Both the position numbers and the translations under genes were made by a program. Of a stretch of 64,000 bases of DNA, positions 38,357 through 52,256 are shown in pieces (within the stretch, counting starts at the first letter, position 1; each line of letters opens with the position of its first letter). The notes beneath the pieces were generated by a model that was not told the DNA's origin, searched no databases, and saw only the letters and a program-made list of their open reading frames with translations. The stretch is from Euprymna scolopes (Eukaryota), in the NCBI GenBank assembly GCA_053919585.1, contig CM132796.1; one strand, 5' to 3'.

Positions 38357-41000
38357 AGGTCATGTCATATACTACTGATACCATGTAACCCAGTACTACC
38401 TGCGCCATGGTTGGGTCACCAGCGACTAAGCTGGTTCTCCCACCAGACTTGTTTGGTGCAGAAAGTGGCTAGTCTCCGGAAGGATAAAAAACAAGACCTT
38501 TCAAAGGGTGAATGAACCTTTTTTCGGGGCAACGGCTAACTAGCGCCGTGTGTGTTTGTATGTATATATGTGTGCGTTGGAGTGGAGAGGGCTCCCGTAA
38601 GCCGTGGTGAAGGCAACCTTTCTAGAAGCAAATCTCTGATTTAAAACACTATACCAGTGTCCGCATTAAGCTGGTCTGCAGTATAACTTGTTGCTGGTTG
38701 TCTTGCTCTTGCTTGTTGCTGGATCTCAACATTTTGAACAGCGAGAGAGAGAGAGAGAGAGAGAGACTTAGCTGTCGTACAAAGCTAATACTCTGTAACA
38801 TCATCTGCGTATAGATACTCCCTTGGGCATTTGTCTAAAAAAAAATGGTCCTGTGGTGATGGAAGTAATTTTTGGGCTCACGAACTTTAAGTGTCTGAGG
38901 GAGTCGCACTCGTATGTCAAGACGTTGCAATCATCAAAAAGAGTACGAAAAGTATAAAAGCTTATCAGTTTTGTTTATTCGTTTTCAATTTGTGACGTGA
39001 AGGAATACAACATAATATTATGAAAAAAAAAATGTTTTAACTTTTTCTACAGGTACATATTTTCGACCGATCCTTCNNNNNNNNNNNNNNNNNNNNNNNN
39101 NNNNNNNNNNNNNNNNNNNNNNNNNNNNNNNNNNNNNNNNNNNNNNNNNNNNNNNNNNNNNNNNNNNNNNNNNNNNNNNNNNNNNNNNNNNNNNNNNNNN
39201 NNNNNNNNNNNNNNNNNNNTAAAATATATACAAAGGCATATTATCTTAATCGTTGATTTAATAAGAAGATTAAATCAATTGGAGGCGTGGACTACGTAAG
39301 CTCTTTATACCTTGCTATTTCGCAGCGTAATGCTTCTCATCAGAATGGGAAAGAAGATGCATAGCATATTATAGATGACTTGTGAAAACTACATTAGAAG
39401 CGAAATAATGAGATGTAAATGAAAAAGGGTAATCCATCGAAATGTAGAGGGAAGGAGACAGGAGGATTTAGTAATTAGTGCGATAAAGGAAGAAAAATTG
39501 TGAATATTACATAGTGGATATAGGTTGTATGCAGTGTGATTAAAGAGTTTGCCTTGGTAGGTTATGGATAGGTGTCCAGTATGTGTGTCCATAACCTTAT
39601 ATGTGCATATTATATCGAGACAACAATAGGGGTAGGGAGTAAAGGTAGATGCCTTCATAATCATGTAGAATTAAGAGGTATGAACAGAGATGGTGTTTTT
39701 TTTAATGAAGGAGAGATGTCAGATCCGCATGTATAATAATACTGATTAAAATTACAAACATTATTAAAGAAAATATAATTTAAAAAATAGTAAAAAAAAA
39801 ATAAAAGTAAAATAAAAAAATAAAAATAAAATATAAAATGAATAAACAAATTGAACAATAAAATATAACGAATAAAAGGGATAAAATTATATAAAATAAA
39901 AATATAAAATAAATATAAAATACAAAATAAAATTAAATCAATTAAATCAAAAGTAGAAGAAGAGAGTTTTTTTATAATTGAAAAACCTATTTATGTATCA
40001 AATTCTGTTGAATAGAAACAGAATCAGTTTCAATAAATTATAATTTTAACATGATAATAGTCAGGAAAATCCCAGTACTTATTGACGTATTGTATATCAA
40101 CAGAAGCTTCGTAGGTAATTTAAAAAAAGTTCAATTTATATAATCCCATTCAAGAGTTGATTCAGAGTACAAGGTGAGAGCGGTTTCAATTGCAGGTTTG
40201 AGTAAAAATGTGGTATAGTTTGGACAAATTTCGGACGTTTACAGTATAAATGGGACTGACTTGTGTTGAAGGATTCAAAATGTTCAGAAATCGGAGTTTG
40301 TTTCAGAAGAGTCAATGCATTGTTATTCTTCTTTACTTGCAGTAATCCTTAAGTAGACAAAACTGGATACTAAAATGTAGGTTCAAACGCATCTTAGAGC
40401 CCATAGTTAACAGGAAATAATGTATCGTCCCTTAACTGAAGTCGAAATATAAACATGAACTGAAAAACCACAACAAAATCGAAGAAAAGTGGAAATCGAA
40501 GGGATGGAGGGAAATCGATGTAATAATGCCGATTGTGTAGGTGGCAAGAGGGATTAGAAGTTTACACGTTCAAATTAGGAAAACAACAGATTTTGAAGTG
40601 CTTTCGGCTTTGGTGGAGACGCTTTTGCAGGGATGAATCTCAGGAGGCTAAGGGGTCAGAAAGTGTTAAGCTTAGGATAGGACAGTAAAATCAAATTAAA
40701 CATTTGTAATTAAAAGTGGATACTATTAGAATAGGCCATTATTTAAATGTATTGTTAAGATTGTATAAAACAGAAACACACACAGAAAAGTTTTAGTTAG
40801 GAGATGCTATCTTCGGTTGAAAGAGGCCACACCTTGCTATATCAATTAAGATATGGCTAGGTGTGGGTGCGGTGGTAGTTAAATTTTAAATTGCGCTTCA
40901 GACAAAGAGATAAAAGGATATTAATTGATATGGATATCTGTGAAACGTATACAGAAAAATAGGTAATGTAAAATATGCGGAGACGATATATATATATATA

Positions 41001-41054
<54 letters not shown>

Positions 41055-41188
41055 CATATATGAACGAGATAAGACACTGATTAGAATTCAGGTGAAAATC
41101 CTGATAGATATTACTCTAAGTAATACTTTCAGGTTGACCCTAGCCAAAAAGTAGGAGTTCAATATTTAAGAATATAGCAATATATAAA

Positions 41189-41405
41189 TTTAGTGGTTAA
41201 ATTTAAATTCTGAAAAAAAAAAAACAATATATAAACACATATATTCGAATTAAGAATTTATTGTTTGATAAAATGAATATATAGAAGGAGTTATATTAAT
41301 TTACTTAATCCATGGATTTTAAATAATGGCTCATATCATGAGAGGAAATGAAATATCGTTAGCAAAATGTTCAGCTGTGAATAGACATTAATTTTTTCTT
41401 TTCAG
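41189..41405. repeat. ~210-bp inverted-repeat arm pairing with 45160-45368 (inverted Penelope terminal repeat)
   Basis: cacatatattcgaattaagaatttattgtttga and aataatggctcatatcatgagaggaaatgaaat are reverse-complemented at 45160-45368. Confidence 0.88.
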
Positions 41406-42479
41406 CACAAATATTGAAAATTTTTTTTGAGTGGTGAATGGAAATCATATGGAAATAATTATAGGAAAGAGGATTTTGTACAACCTGGGCATTCTATTAT
41501 CGGAAGGAGCAACGTGCCATCTAGGGTTATAAATCCAGGTAGGCATATATTGGTCCATGGGAGAAGGCAGTAGTCACATATAACAAAAAAGCGTGGTTGT
41601 TCCTTATTTATTTTCCGAAAGGTATCCGGGGCAGCCGTATTCGTTGGTGGGTTGAGTGTGCTTTGGTAAATATAATCCAAAATCTACTTAAGTGTTGAGA
41701 CAGTGGATCAGATGTTGGATAGGTATACCATTCCATAGTATATATCCCCGTGGGTAATAGAAGTTTAGCATTTAATTGTGTATGCAATGGACCTCGTAAT
41801 CAATGGTATGGGTAGCAAAATAATCCGGGAGATGATATTCAGAACGATGCGTTGGACAGCTAGTTTCTGGTGTGGATCCTCGTGAAAGGCTGACCAGCTT
41901 TCTTGTTGATAGCGGGTGAGGGATCCTTTAAGATGAGGGAAAGAGGACAGTGAGGTGAAGTAGAAAGGGTAAAGAGAGAAGGGGGTGGTTAAGAAAGCGA
42001 GTAGGAAGGGGTTTAATGGAATTTTTTTTAGGAGGGAGTTGTATTTTAGTATTCAGTAAATGTGTTGACCTATTAATTTTAAGTTCAAATGGGAAATGAA
42101 TATTTTTGTGATTTTAAATGGAGTGTGTATGAGATGGGGTGAGCGCGCTGTTTCATCTGTGCTGGTGGGTGAGTTGTTCATTACACTTGTGATCGTAGTG
42201 TTATCTGGTTTAATTAAATTTATTCAAAACGTGTATATTTATTTAAAATGTATATATTTCTGTTTGGAGGCGATCCATAGATGAGTTGGATTTGCTGTTC
42301 GTTGGGATGGAATTGGTGTGTGAGTGAATGTTTTATATACTGTAGTTAATTAGCTATTTTTGTATAATGGGGAAACTTGATGCAAATGCAGGGCTGAGTA
42401 TGAAGTTGTCACACCGTGGTTAAATTTAACTATTTATATAAAATAACCTGTGCATCCATCTGTCAAACCTAAACATACG

Positions 42480-42543
42480 TGCAGATATAAGTAAATATAC
42501 ACCCACAGACACACATACATTCGCGCATGTACATATACATGTA

Positions 42544-42590
<47 letters not shown>

Positions 42591-43184
42591 TACATATACG
42601 CACACAAACTAATCCATACCGGGGGGCGCATACACACATACAAACCTATCTCCACACGTATCCCTATACTCATGCACATGTGTACATAATTACATATATA
42701 CACATCATACACCATACAAGCATGCACACATATGAAAAAAGCGCACGCGCAGGGACATACATATACATCATGGCGCCCCTGCATGCGCCTGTTATCGGGT
42801 GTACAGCTGCGTGCATATACACAGCCAAACATCCCTTTAATCAAGCGCATACATGCAATAACAATCCCACATGCATACCATCGTATACATACAACAAATA
42901 AACATATCTACATAAAGGTAATGGCCATACGACGATAAAGGCGCGCACACTGATATATCTACATATATAAATACACCGAGCGTGCACATAAAAATTAAAC
43001 ATATACATACATCAACAATTGATCGGGTGTATCTAATAATTCTATTTTAGAGAGGGGGATTAATCCCAATTTGCCTGCGCATACAAATTGTTCGGGGAGA
43101 TGTATACAGCTAGAAATAATAAACTACGTCTTAGGTGCATAACTCCGTTAAAATTTCATGTTCACGCACATACATGCACATACA

Positions 43185-43228
<44 letters not shown>

Positions 43229-43335
43229 CATACGTGAATATGTGTACACACACGTGCATACACATACACCCATACTTGTAAATAATCATATATATATACA
43301 CACACGATATAAAGGCGCAAGCCTACATACTCACA

Positions 43336-43386
<51 letters not shown>

Positions 43387-43700
43387 CCACATACATAAGG
43401 AAATGGAATTNNNNNNNNNNNNNNNNNNNNNNNNNNNNNNNNNNNNNNNNNNNNNNNNNNNNNNNNNNNNNNNNNNNNNNNNNNNNNNNNNNNNNNNNNN
43501 NNNNNNNNNNNNNNNNNNNNNNNNNNNNNNNNNNNNNNNNNNNNNNNNNNGATATGTACAAACGTATACATAATCAAACACGCACTTGCACATATAGAAA
43601 TACGTATATATTAACACATATACAAAGCATACAACATCCACCCACTCATGCATGCATAGATATACACTCGCACTTGTGCAAATCCCTGTGTATACATATA
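42480..43700. repeat. Low-complexity (CA/TA)-rich region
   Basis: Degenerate acat/acac/atat runs; the source of spurious Y/I/H/T-rich ORFs. Confidence 0.9.
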
Positions 43701-43739
43701 GGGGCAAATTGCCAAAACGAGTTCAGGTATTGTGACTTA

Positions 43740-45160
43740 AGTGGTTTTGAGCTGGCTATACTTGATTTTTTTTCCTGTGCTTGCATAACGAAATGAGCTC
43801 ATTTTTGGTGTTTATTGTGGCTTTAGGGTGTTTTATTATTGCAACTGCTTCTGAGGTGCAAAGATTACAGAATTTTGATTCATGGGTGTATGAATTGGAG
43901 TTAATCAATATATCCCATATTAGCGAGTATGGAATAATCCTATGTTGGAGGTCTTTAATCAGAGTTGTTAGGGAGGTGCCTTTATTGCTATTTGGAAATT
44001 ATCAGTTTAATTACATTTGCGGTTGCGCCGATATACGTGTGGGATTTTACATTTGCATTAGCGGTGCTTAAGCTCATGGAGTTTCTACTATAGGCGTGGG
44101 ATAAACTTGCAGAGGGGGAAGGGATAATAAGGTTCGAGTCGTTTACAGAGTGGGGTTCCGGGGTAACTTGGGTGTTATCAGGTGTCTCGTTTATGGGGTT
44201 AGCATAGTGGAAATCAATGGCCCTCTCTAGTGTTGTTGGTTCTGTCGTTAATATATGTTGAGTGCGATTGTTTGGTGTTCTATCAGTCATATTTACTGTT
44301 GTGGTTGGGAGCTCGGTTACTGTACATGAGTATATAACGTCCTTGTAGATGCAGTCGTTTCTTAAATTGCAAGATTGTTTGTTTCGGCAAATATAATTTT
44401 TATGGATGAAGTCTGCGGGGGGGTGGTCTCGGCTTTTCTTATTTTGGAGGTGTTTGATGTTATTATGATTTGTGCAAGGTTAGGCATAGTGGAATAAGAC
44501 ATTTTTATTGAGTTTTTATTTAATATAGTGCTGTATCTATGGGGTTGTTGAAAGGATTGTTCAATTATTTTAAAGAATTCCTTTGGTGTATTAGTTTTTA
44601 CGTTGGGGCTGTATGGTGGGTTGAACCATATGGATTTTTTTCGCCTTAATTTATTTCTATTCTTTATATTTTTATTGCTACTGGGTTTAGTCTTAGACTT
44701 TGTGTGCTCTGGATAAGGATTATGCTTGTTCGACGAATTACGGATGGGTTTATTGTTTTTCTTTTGGGTCATGCAATGTGTGATTATGGATTTATACTTG
44801 TTGTTTTCTAGTTTGTTTCCTATGTATTCCATCTGATCCGTATACCCTGAGTTGCGTAAAGCATTATTATAAAAAGTTGCTACTTGGCCAAATTGTTCTT
44901 GTCGGCTGATAGGCTTGATATTCTATTTGAGACGGATGATACTATAGATTTTATAATAGATCTGGAATGATTCGATTGCTTATGCACATAGACTAGGCTC
45001 AAATTCGGCTTATGGTAAGGGGAATAGGTTTCCGAATTTAGATTTAAGGAGATGTCCAAGAAATTTGATGTCGTTTTATAAGGATCAATTTCAATAGAAA
45101 GGCCAAAGTGTCTAAAGAACTCATGTAATTTCTTTATCGTATTATTGTATTGTCTGGGTC
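43740..45160 (-). mobile_element. 5'-truncated Penelope-like element: RT C-terminus plus GIY-YIG endonuclease, frameshifted
   Basis: NFLDISLNL..YSPYHKPN, RKKSIWFNPPYS, SIKMSYSTMPNL, DVIYSCTV...HTYIGAT, CNLCTSE, NELISLCKHR. Confidence 0.9.
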
Positions 45161-45399
45161 TGAAAAGCAAAATAAGTGTCTATTCACAGCTAAACATTTT
45201 GCTAATCGCATTTCATTTCCTCTCATGATATGAGCCATTATTGAAAATCCATGGATTAAGAAAATTAACATAACACCTTCTATATATTCCTTTTGTCAAA
45301 CAATAAATTCTTAATTCGAATATATGTGTCTATATATTGTTTTTCAGAATTTAAATTTAATCACTAAACGTATATATATATATATATATATATATATTG

Positions 45400-48300
45400 C
45401 AAATGTTGTATATCAAAATTGGCATGCACAGTGGATTGTAACTAAGATGCATAGATGCATATATCATGGAGAGGTGGAAAATATATGTTATAGTCGTCTG
45501 CGAGTGATATGTAATGCTATTATTCTATCGGCTAGACATCGTTTATTATTGTTGCGTGGTGCATTACTTATAGCTGAGAATTACTGAGGGAATGTTTAAA
45601 ACAAAAGATATTTGTCGTGCATAACGGGTTGAAGTCTTACAAAAGGTGCATATACGGTGACAGATTATGTTTGCTTGCATAGGTATGTATGCAGGGTAGG
45701 TCAACTTTCTTTAGCAATGATAAAGAATAGTTATAAGGGAGGCGGTACAGTTTTTGTAAGTCGGTGTGGATAGGAAGCCACAGAGATTAGTCCCTAGATG
45801 GTTTCTCTATTTAACTTTTCTTTTGTACCTATATTAGAATATGATTTCTGATTAGGAGTTCATGATGTATGATTTTTTGGTGTTTTAATAATATATGTGG
45901 CTCTTGCGTTTCAAAGAATGCAGTAACGCAAACCTGAACAGTAAGTTCTCGACTTATTTAGTATTTCTCATTTGAAAGAACTTTATTTTATTTTCTTTTA
46001 TCTTACTAGACTAGTTAGAGTAGTTTTGGCATGTGGTGTCTTGGTAGAGAAGTAGTTCATGTTGTTTGAACATCTGACGTTTATCGGAAATACAGATAAT
46101 CTTATGTATGTGTGTATTTTGGAATAGTTTGTAGTTTTGTTGGGTAGCTAATAGCTGTAAAGGGGGGTAGTTGTGTTCTGGTTTGTAGGAGAATGTGTAT
46201 GGACGGATTCTCTAATTGCTGGCTTCGGGATAATTTTCGGGTAAATGTATCGTTTTTTTAGGCTTTGAGAATCAGTTTAGATAGTGTTGGTTACTGGGGC
46301 TTGACAGGTCAACGGATTGTCTATTGCGCTTTGGAGCAATGAGGTGAATGGCCATAACATCAGAGTGTACAGTCATTATCCAAGGGCACAATTTTGGAAC
46401 GATAGCAGTTAGAGTTAGGGTTGGTAAGATTTGAGCTGCTGTGTAGATTTTGCTGTGTAGATTTTATTTGTTTTATTAACATATTATAATATTCTGTGCT
46501 AAATTAGACATAGTAGGGATATATATTCTAATTCATATTTTATTTAAAATAGTCTTGTATTCGTGCTGGTGTTTGAATGGGTTTTCTACTATCTTGAATT
46601 TTTTTATTGATACGAGGGGCGTGTAATAAGTAATGCACCTGACCCACTTCCAGTTGTCTGATTTAGCTGAAATTTTGAATGTGCAATGATTTATATCTCT
46701 ACGGGTTATGCCATATAGTACAGCTCTAAACTAATTGTGGTTTTTGTTTTACACGTGTTTGAACTGAGTCAGGTGTGAAATAGAGCCTGTTGAATGGCGA
46801 GCAGTGATCGGGTTCTTGTGTTTGAAAGGACGCACACCACAGGAGACTTTTGATGAAATTAAAGAAACTTATGTTGATAATGTCCCATCATATGCCCTTG
46901 TAAACGCTGGCATTGTAAATTCAAACATGGTAGGAAGTCTGTGGAAACAGCTGCCAGAGATGGTCGCTCCCTCTTCTGCCATTGATGAGACATCTGTCCG
47001 TCAAGTTGAGGCTGCCATGTAGGAAGATTGGCGCATTACTATTCGCCAAATAGCCCAAGATGCCAATATAAGAACAGCGCCTGTGGAAACTATCATTCAT
47101 GACAATTTTCATATGAATAAGGTGTCTGCCAGATGGATTACCAGATTGTTCACACCATTCGAGAAGCGAAAACGCGTCGAGTGCTCGAGGATGAATTTGG
47201 AGATGTGCCAAGAAGATGAGTCAAAGTTTGTCAAAGGACTGATTGCACAGGATGAAACCTGGGTTCATCACTATGATACAATGAGCAAATCCCAGTCAAT
47301 GCAGTGGAAGCATTTGGGGTCACCACCTCCAAAGAAGGCAAGGGTGCAGCCCTCCACTGGCAAGGTCAGGTTCACAGTCTTCTGTGACCAGGACGGAGTA
47401 GTGATGACAGATTTCCTGGCAAATGGTACCACAATTACACGAGCCTATTATGCTTCACTTTTGAAGAAATTAAGAGAAGCTATCAAAATCAGGAGGCGGG
47501 GCAAGATCAGCAAAGGTACCCTCCTCATGCGGGACAACGCTCCGGTCCACAACTCGCATGTCGCCAGATAAAAACCACGGGCGTGTGGTAATGAAATCCT
47601 ACCCATCCTAACTACTCTCCTGACCTTGCACCCTCTGACCCTCACCTCTTCCAGCCATGAAGTTATTTTTGAAAGGAAAGCGTTTCTCAGATGATGAAGT
47701 CACGTCTTGGTTGGAGGACCAACCTGGGGTTTTCTACAAAAACGGTATTCAAAGCTGCATCAAACGATGGGAGAAATGCAAGACTCTAGGTGGTTCCTAT
47801 GTAGAGAAAGACTAATAACTGTACCAAGTTTCGTTGCTCTACTGCTATGGGAAGTAGGTCAGGGCCATTATTATTGCACGCCCCTCGTATTAGTGTTTAC
47901 CCTATTGTGGTAAAATGGGTAAAACCGAATCTTCTCTCTCCTAATCATTTGTGGGTTGATGTCTTTTAAATTATTAGTAAGGTTGTTATTTTGATTAACG
48001 TTAGGTCGTATTGTAATTTCTTGTTTAGATATGCACCTGGTAATGTTATGGAGGATTACTTTAATAGGTTTAAATTTTTGTGATTATTATTGACATTGTA
48101 CTTAATTTTTTGTGTATCTGGAGTTAGGACGGTGTTGTAAAAGTTAAAATTTACTTCGAAAATATTATAGTTGTCGGATAGATCAGATGTTCTATTCTAT
48201 ATTGATATCCTGGTTTGCTTAATGACAAATTTATGGTAATTGGAGAATTGATTGACATAGTGAAGTCATAAATAAGGCTTGTGGTAAGAGCAATAGAAGT

Positions 48301-49200
48301 TACTTCCTATGTAGACCACCCTGTAAATCCTTAGTCAAACATTTATATCGCAATTACTTAAGAAGGAATGGTCCAACAAATCAATTATCTGGGGTGAGTC
48401 TGAATAAGTTTATCAAAGTAATGTGAGGTGTCTTTGCTCGTTTAAATATCATTATCAAACATTATTAATGGTTTTTCTGGGCTAGTAAGATAAACTTAAC
48501 TTCTAAATCGGATAATGAATTGTTTTGACGCTAGGATAAGAGCCTTTTTAATAGAACAGGGAATATGGATTAGTAATCGATATCTATTTTTAAAAAAAAC
48601 TATGCAGGTTAACTTAGATTTGTTTTATTTTTAGGTTCAGCATCTATTCAACAACATTCTCAGAGCATTGACAAAGAAGGAAACTTATTTCTTTTGTATA
48701 AAAGGGTGACTCTGTCTCAGATATTTTTACTTTATTAAGTCTCATTTGGATATTTTTACTTTGCCCAAGTCTAATTTGAAGGGAATATTAGTCTGATAGA
48801 TGGGTTACTTCTGAAGTTTGCTTTATGATCTTTTAAATAGAATCTAGGAGTATATGGGGTAAGATATATGAGTGGTTAATTATAAGCAGTGTGTTTAACA
48901 AATTTTTTAATTGCTCATTAAGGTGTAGTGTATTAATCTTTGTAAATGATGTATCATTAAGTTTGTAATAAGTTTTAGGTGTGTTTTAGTTTTAAGCCAT
49001 AAATATTTTACCTATTCTTAAATTTGATTTTTTAGTTGGTTAAATAATTATTAGCCCTAGGACAAAAAAAGTTGCTTTTAATCCATAACTTTCAGCTGTC
49101 AATCCTCCCTGTTTTTTTTCAGTTGGGATATACTATTACGATAGAGAGAGGGGATGGTGATGTGTCCATGAGGTTGAGGGATTTTACACTTTGAACTAAA
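45400..49200 (-). mobile_element. Old Penelope-like remnant interrupted by a mariner
   Basis: Minus-strand YGLK (~49080), LKDHKANF (~48825) and SIRLI (~48795). The part left of the mariner is assigned only tentatively. Confidence 0.5.
46613..47887 (+). mobile_element. Full-length decayed mariner (same family as 13644-14888)
   Basis: TA|CGAGGGG...CCCCTCG|TA. Motifs DETWVHHYD, DNAPVH and YSPDLAPSD, with stops and frameshifts. Confidence 0.94.
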
Positions 49201-50703
49201 GTTTACATCATGGGGGTAATCTTTCCATCTACATTAACTATTAATTTCTTAACTGATTTTATTAATTAAGATAAATAGAAATTTCGGTGAGGAATGAGGA
49301 TGTTTTATCCTGATAGGTTTTCTCTTAACGAATTTCTCTAATTTTTCTGGCCTTCCCCATATATAACACTCTCCCTTTTGGGTTGAGTTGTACTTGAAGT
49401 ATATAGATAAAAACTAACGACGTTTTGCATCCAAGAATGTATTTATATTCATATTCACCGCCGTTGCATTACTCTTTTGGAATCAATGGACGATGTGTGC
49501 ATGTGCGTTAGTAAGAGTCGTTTCAAAAATAAAACATCCAGTTCACTGACCCCAAAAAACAACGAGGACAAGATTAGTACCAATAACTAGAGAGACCTTT
49601 GTGTCAAATAATTAATCTTTTAAGGAATCACGACCTATCCAAACGCATATATGCCAGAAATTCAAGGATGCATCTCTGCTTCTGATTCAAGCCTAAGACA
49701 GATTTGAGTTCTCAAAATGACTATATCTGCAAATAGGATCTTGTAGGCAATGAATGCATCAATTCATTTACTAAAACAATAGCATTATCTGGGCAAAATA
49801 AAAAGATAGGAGGAATTACTTTTGAANNNNNNNNNNNNNNNNNNNNNNNNNNNNNNNNNNNNNNNNNNNNNNNNNNNNNNNNNNNNNNNNNNNNNNNNNN
49901 NNNNNNNNNNNNNNNNNNNNNNNNNNNNNNNNNNNNNNNNNNNNNNNNNNNNNNNNNAAATGGTAGTTTAATTGAAGCATTGCTGGTAAGAAAATATGAA
50001 AGTTCTCGAAAAAAAACAAGGGGGAGTTCTGAAATTAATTAAAGTGGCATACCACGAATAGAATTTATATCTGCCACAGATACTCCAACAACTTGGTTTG
50101 ATGACATTTATAGTTAGATGAGAAGTGTACATGAATAAATAAGTAGACACTTCTCTACTGTCATTGACACACGACCATACCTGTCTATTCGTTTGTTTAT
50201 TTGATTTTTTCCTTTTCATTTCCCAATTTTCCGCACNNNNNNNNNNNNNNNNNNNNNNNNNNNNNNNNNNNNNNNNNNNNNNNNNNNNNNNNNNNNNNNN
50301 NNNNNNNNNNNNNNNNNNNNNNNNNNNNNNNNNNNNNNNNNNNNNNNNNNNNNNNNNNNNNNNNNNNNNNNNNNNNNNNNNNNNNNNNNNNNTAGCAACG
50401 CCTTAAGATAAGGAAAGGGAAAAGACAAAAAACAGCCATCCCGCACTATACATGAATATAGGTGAACAAAATAAAAAAAAGAAAGGACGAAGGGCGCGAT
50501 AAAAACACAAAAGCGTCGGAATCATACAAGTTCAAACGTCATCGTTCCATGGATACACACATATATGATATATGTCCCGACAAATTACATTAAATGTATA
50601 CATACATATACGTATGAATGTATATGTGTGTATATGGATATACAAGGATATATGTGTACATAAAATAATAAAAAATCAATGAAAATTCAATAAAGTAAAT
50701 TAA

Positions 50704-50760
<57 letters not shown>

Positions 50761-52212
50761 GGGGGCATATCTGTATATGTAAAAAATTAAATTAATCTAT
50801 AAATAAAAAGGAAAAGTAGACAAGTAAATAAATAAAATTCTTACAAGTAAAAATAAAAAAGGTACTATAAATTAATAAAGTAAAATATATGTTATCACCC
50901 CCCAGATTTAATTAGAACCTAAAATCCTTCACTTTAAAACCCCATCACTTTAAAAACCCATCGCTTTTAATACCCATATTAATTTCACTTTATGTTGTGG
51001 GAATAGCAACTCATCTTACTGTTCTGATATCAGGGTGGTTCATCTCTTGTGAAACACTCATCAGTTTTTTTAAAACATATTTCTTTTTGACAAAGAGATG
51101 TTATCCCGAAATATCAAAAACAGAAACCATCCCGGTCCCCCAAAGCAGTAAATCGCCATGTACTGATATTATTTGTGATGATATATTCGATATTAAAAAA
51201 TAAATAGACGTATAGCATTACCATATTCTACAAAATATCAACCTGTTTATCTATTGTTGTTCAGTTTCCACACCACTTCGCACAATGGCAACCCACATTG
51301 CTATAACTTTCTGATATATTTATATTTTAGTTAGATAGGCATTGCCAACATATCTCTACGTCATCCAATGAATCAATTTTTATATATGCTATTTTTTATA
51401 TATGTCATTTTTTATATATGCTATTTTTTATATAACAATACAATCTTAACAGTGTTAGTAATAACGTTAAAATTTTAAAAGCAAACCAATCTTCAGATTC
51501 ATAAAAATGAAAATCGAACACAATTATGTATATAGTAACGAACATACACTGAAGAATAAATTTCATCTACATTTAAACTTTTAAATATCTCATACTGTGT
51601 TATGTCACATATATTTAGTTTTACTAGAATAAAAAAAGCAATAAAATTAACCGGCGCTTCTATTAAAAAAAATGGTTTTCAACTATAATCTAGTTAGAAT
51701 TTTATCAGTTAAATATGTGATTAAGGGGTGTTATATTAAACTATGTTAATACTTGTTTTAGATAGAACGTTAACAAAATTAGTCGAGTAGCTACAACCAC
51801 TATCAACAATTTCTCCCACTTTCTATCTGTGTCTAAATGTTTTCAAAGTTCAATGTGAATAAGTTATTGCTGAATCGTCTCCATAATCATCAAGTAATGC
51901 CCAACTTACGCAATTTCAATTGCTACATTACTTTGATAAGTAAGGGTCACTTTGTAAAGAATAACAAAACAAAAGATCAACACCATATATCTTTTTTCCA
52001 GTAAGAATATTAACTGCGTTCATATTTTAAAATTACATTAACGACTATATGACGTCACTAACATGTCCCTCTCTTTAACAGCGACAGCGCGCCCCCTCCT
52101 TTTTGAATTTCCAACGTCTTTTTCCGTTTTTCTGAAATAGAACTGCATACCACTGTGCACGTGAAACATTTCAAATATTTTGTACTGGTATTTTTTTTGT
52201 TTCTTAATCTCA

Positions 52213-52256
52213 TTCATCCAGAGGAAGTCTCGAAATAAAGACGAAACGTTGATGAA
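52213..52256 (+). ncRNA. Minimal hammerhead-like motif with core variants
   Basis: TTCATC-CAGAGGA-A-GTCT(CGAAATAA)AGAC-GAAAC-GTT-GATGAA. Stem I is a perfect 6 bp, stem II is 4 bp and stem III is palindromic ACGT, but the core has U4->A and one extra A. Confidence 0.6.
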
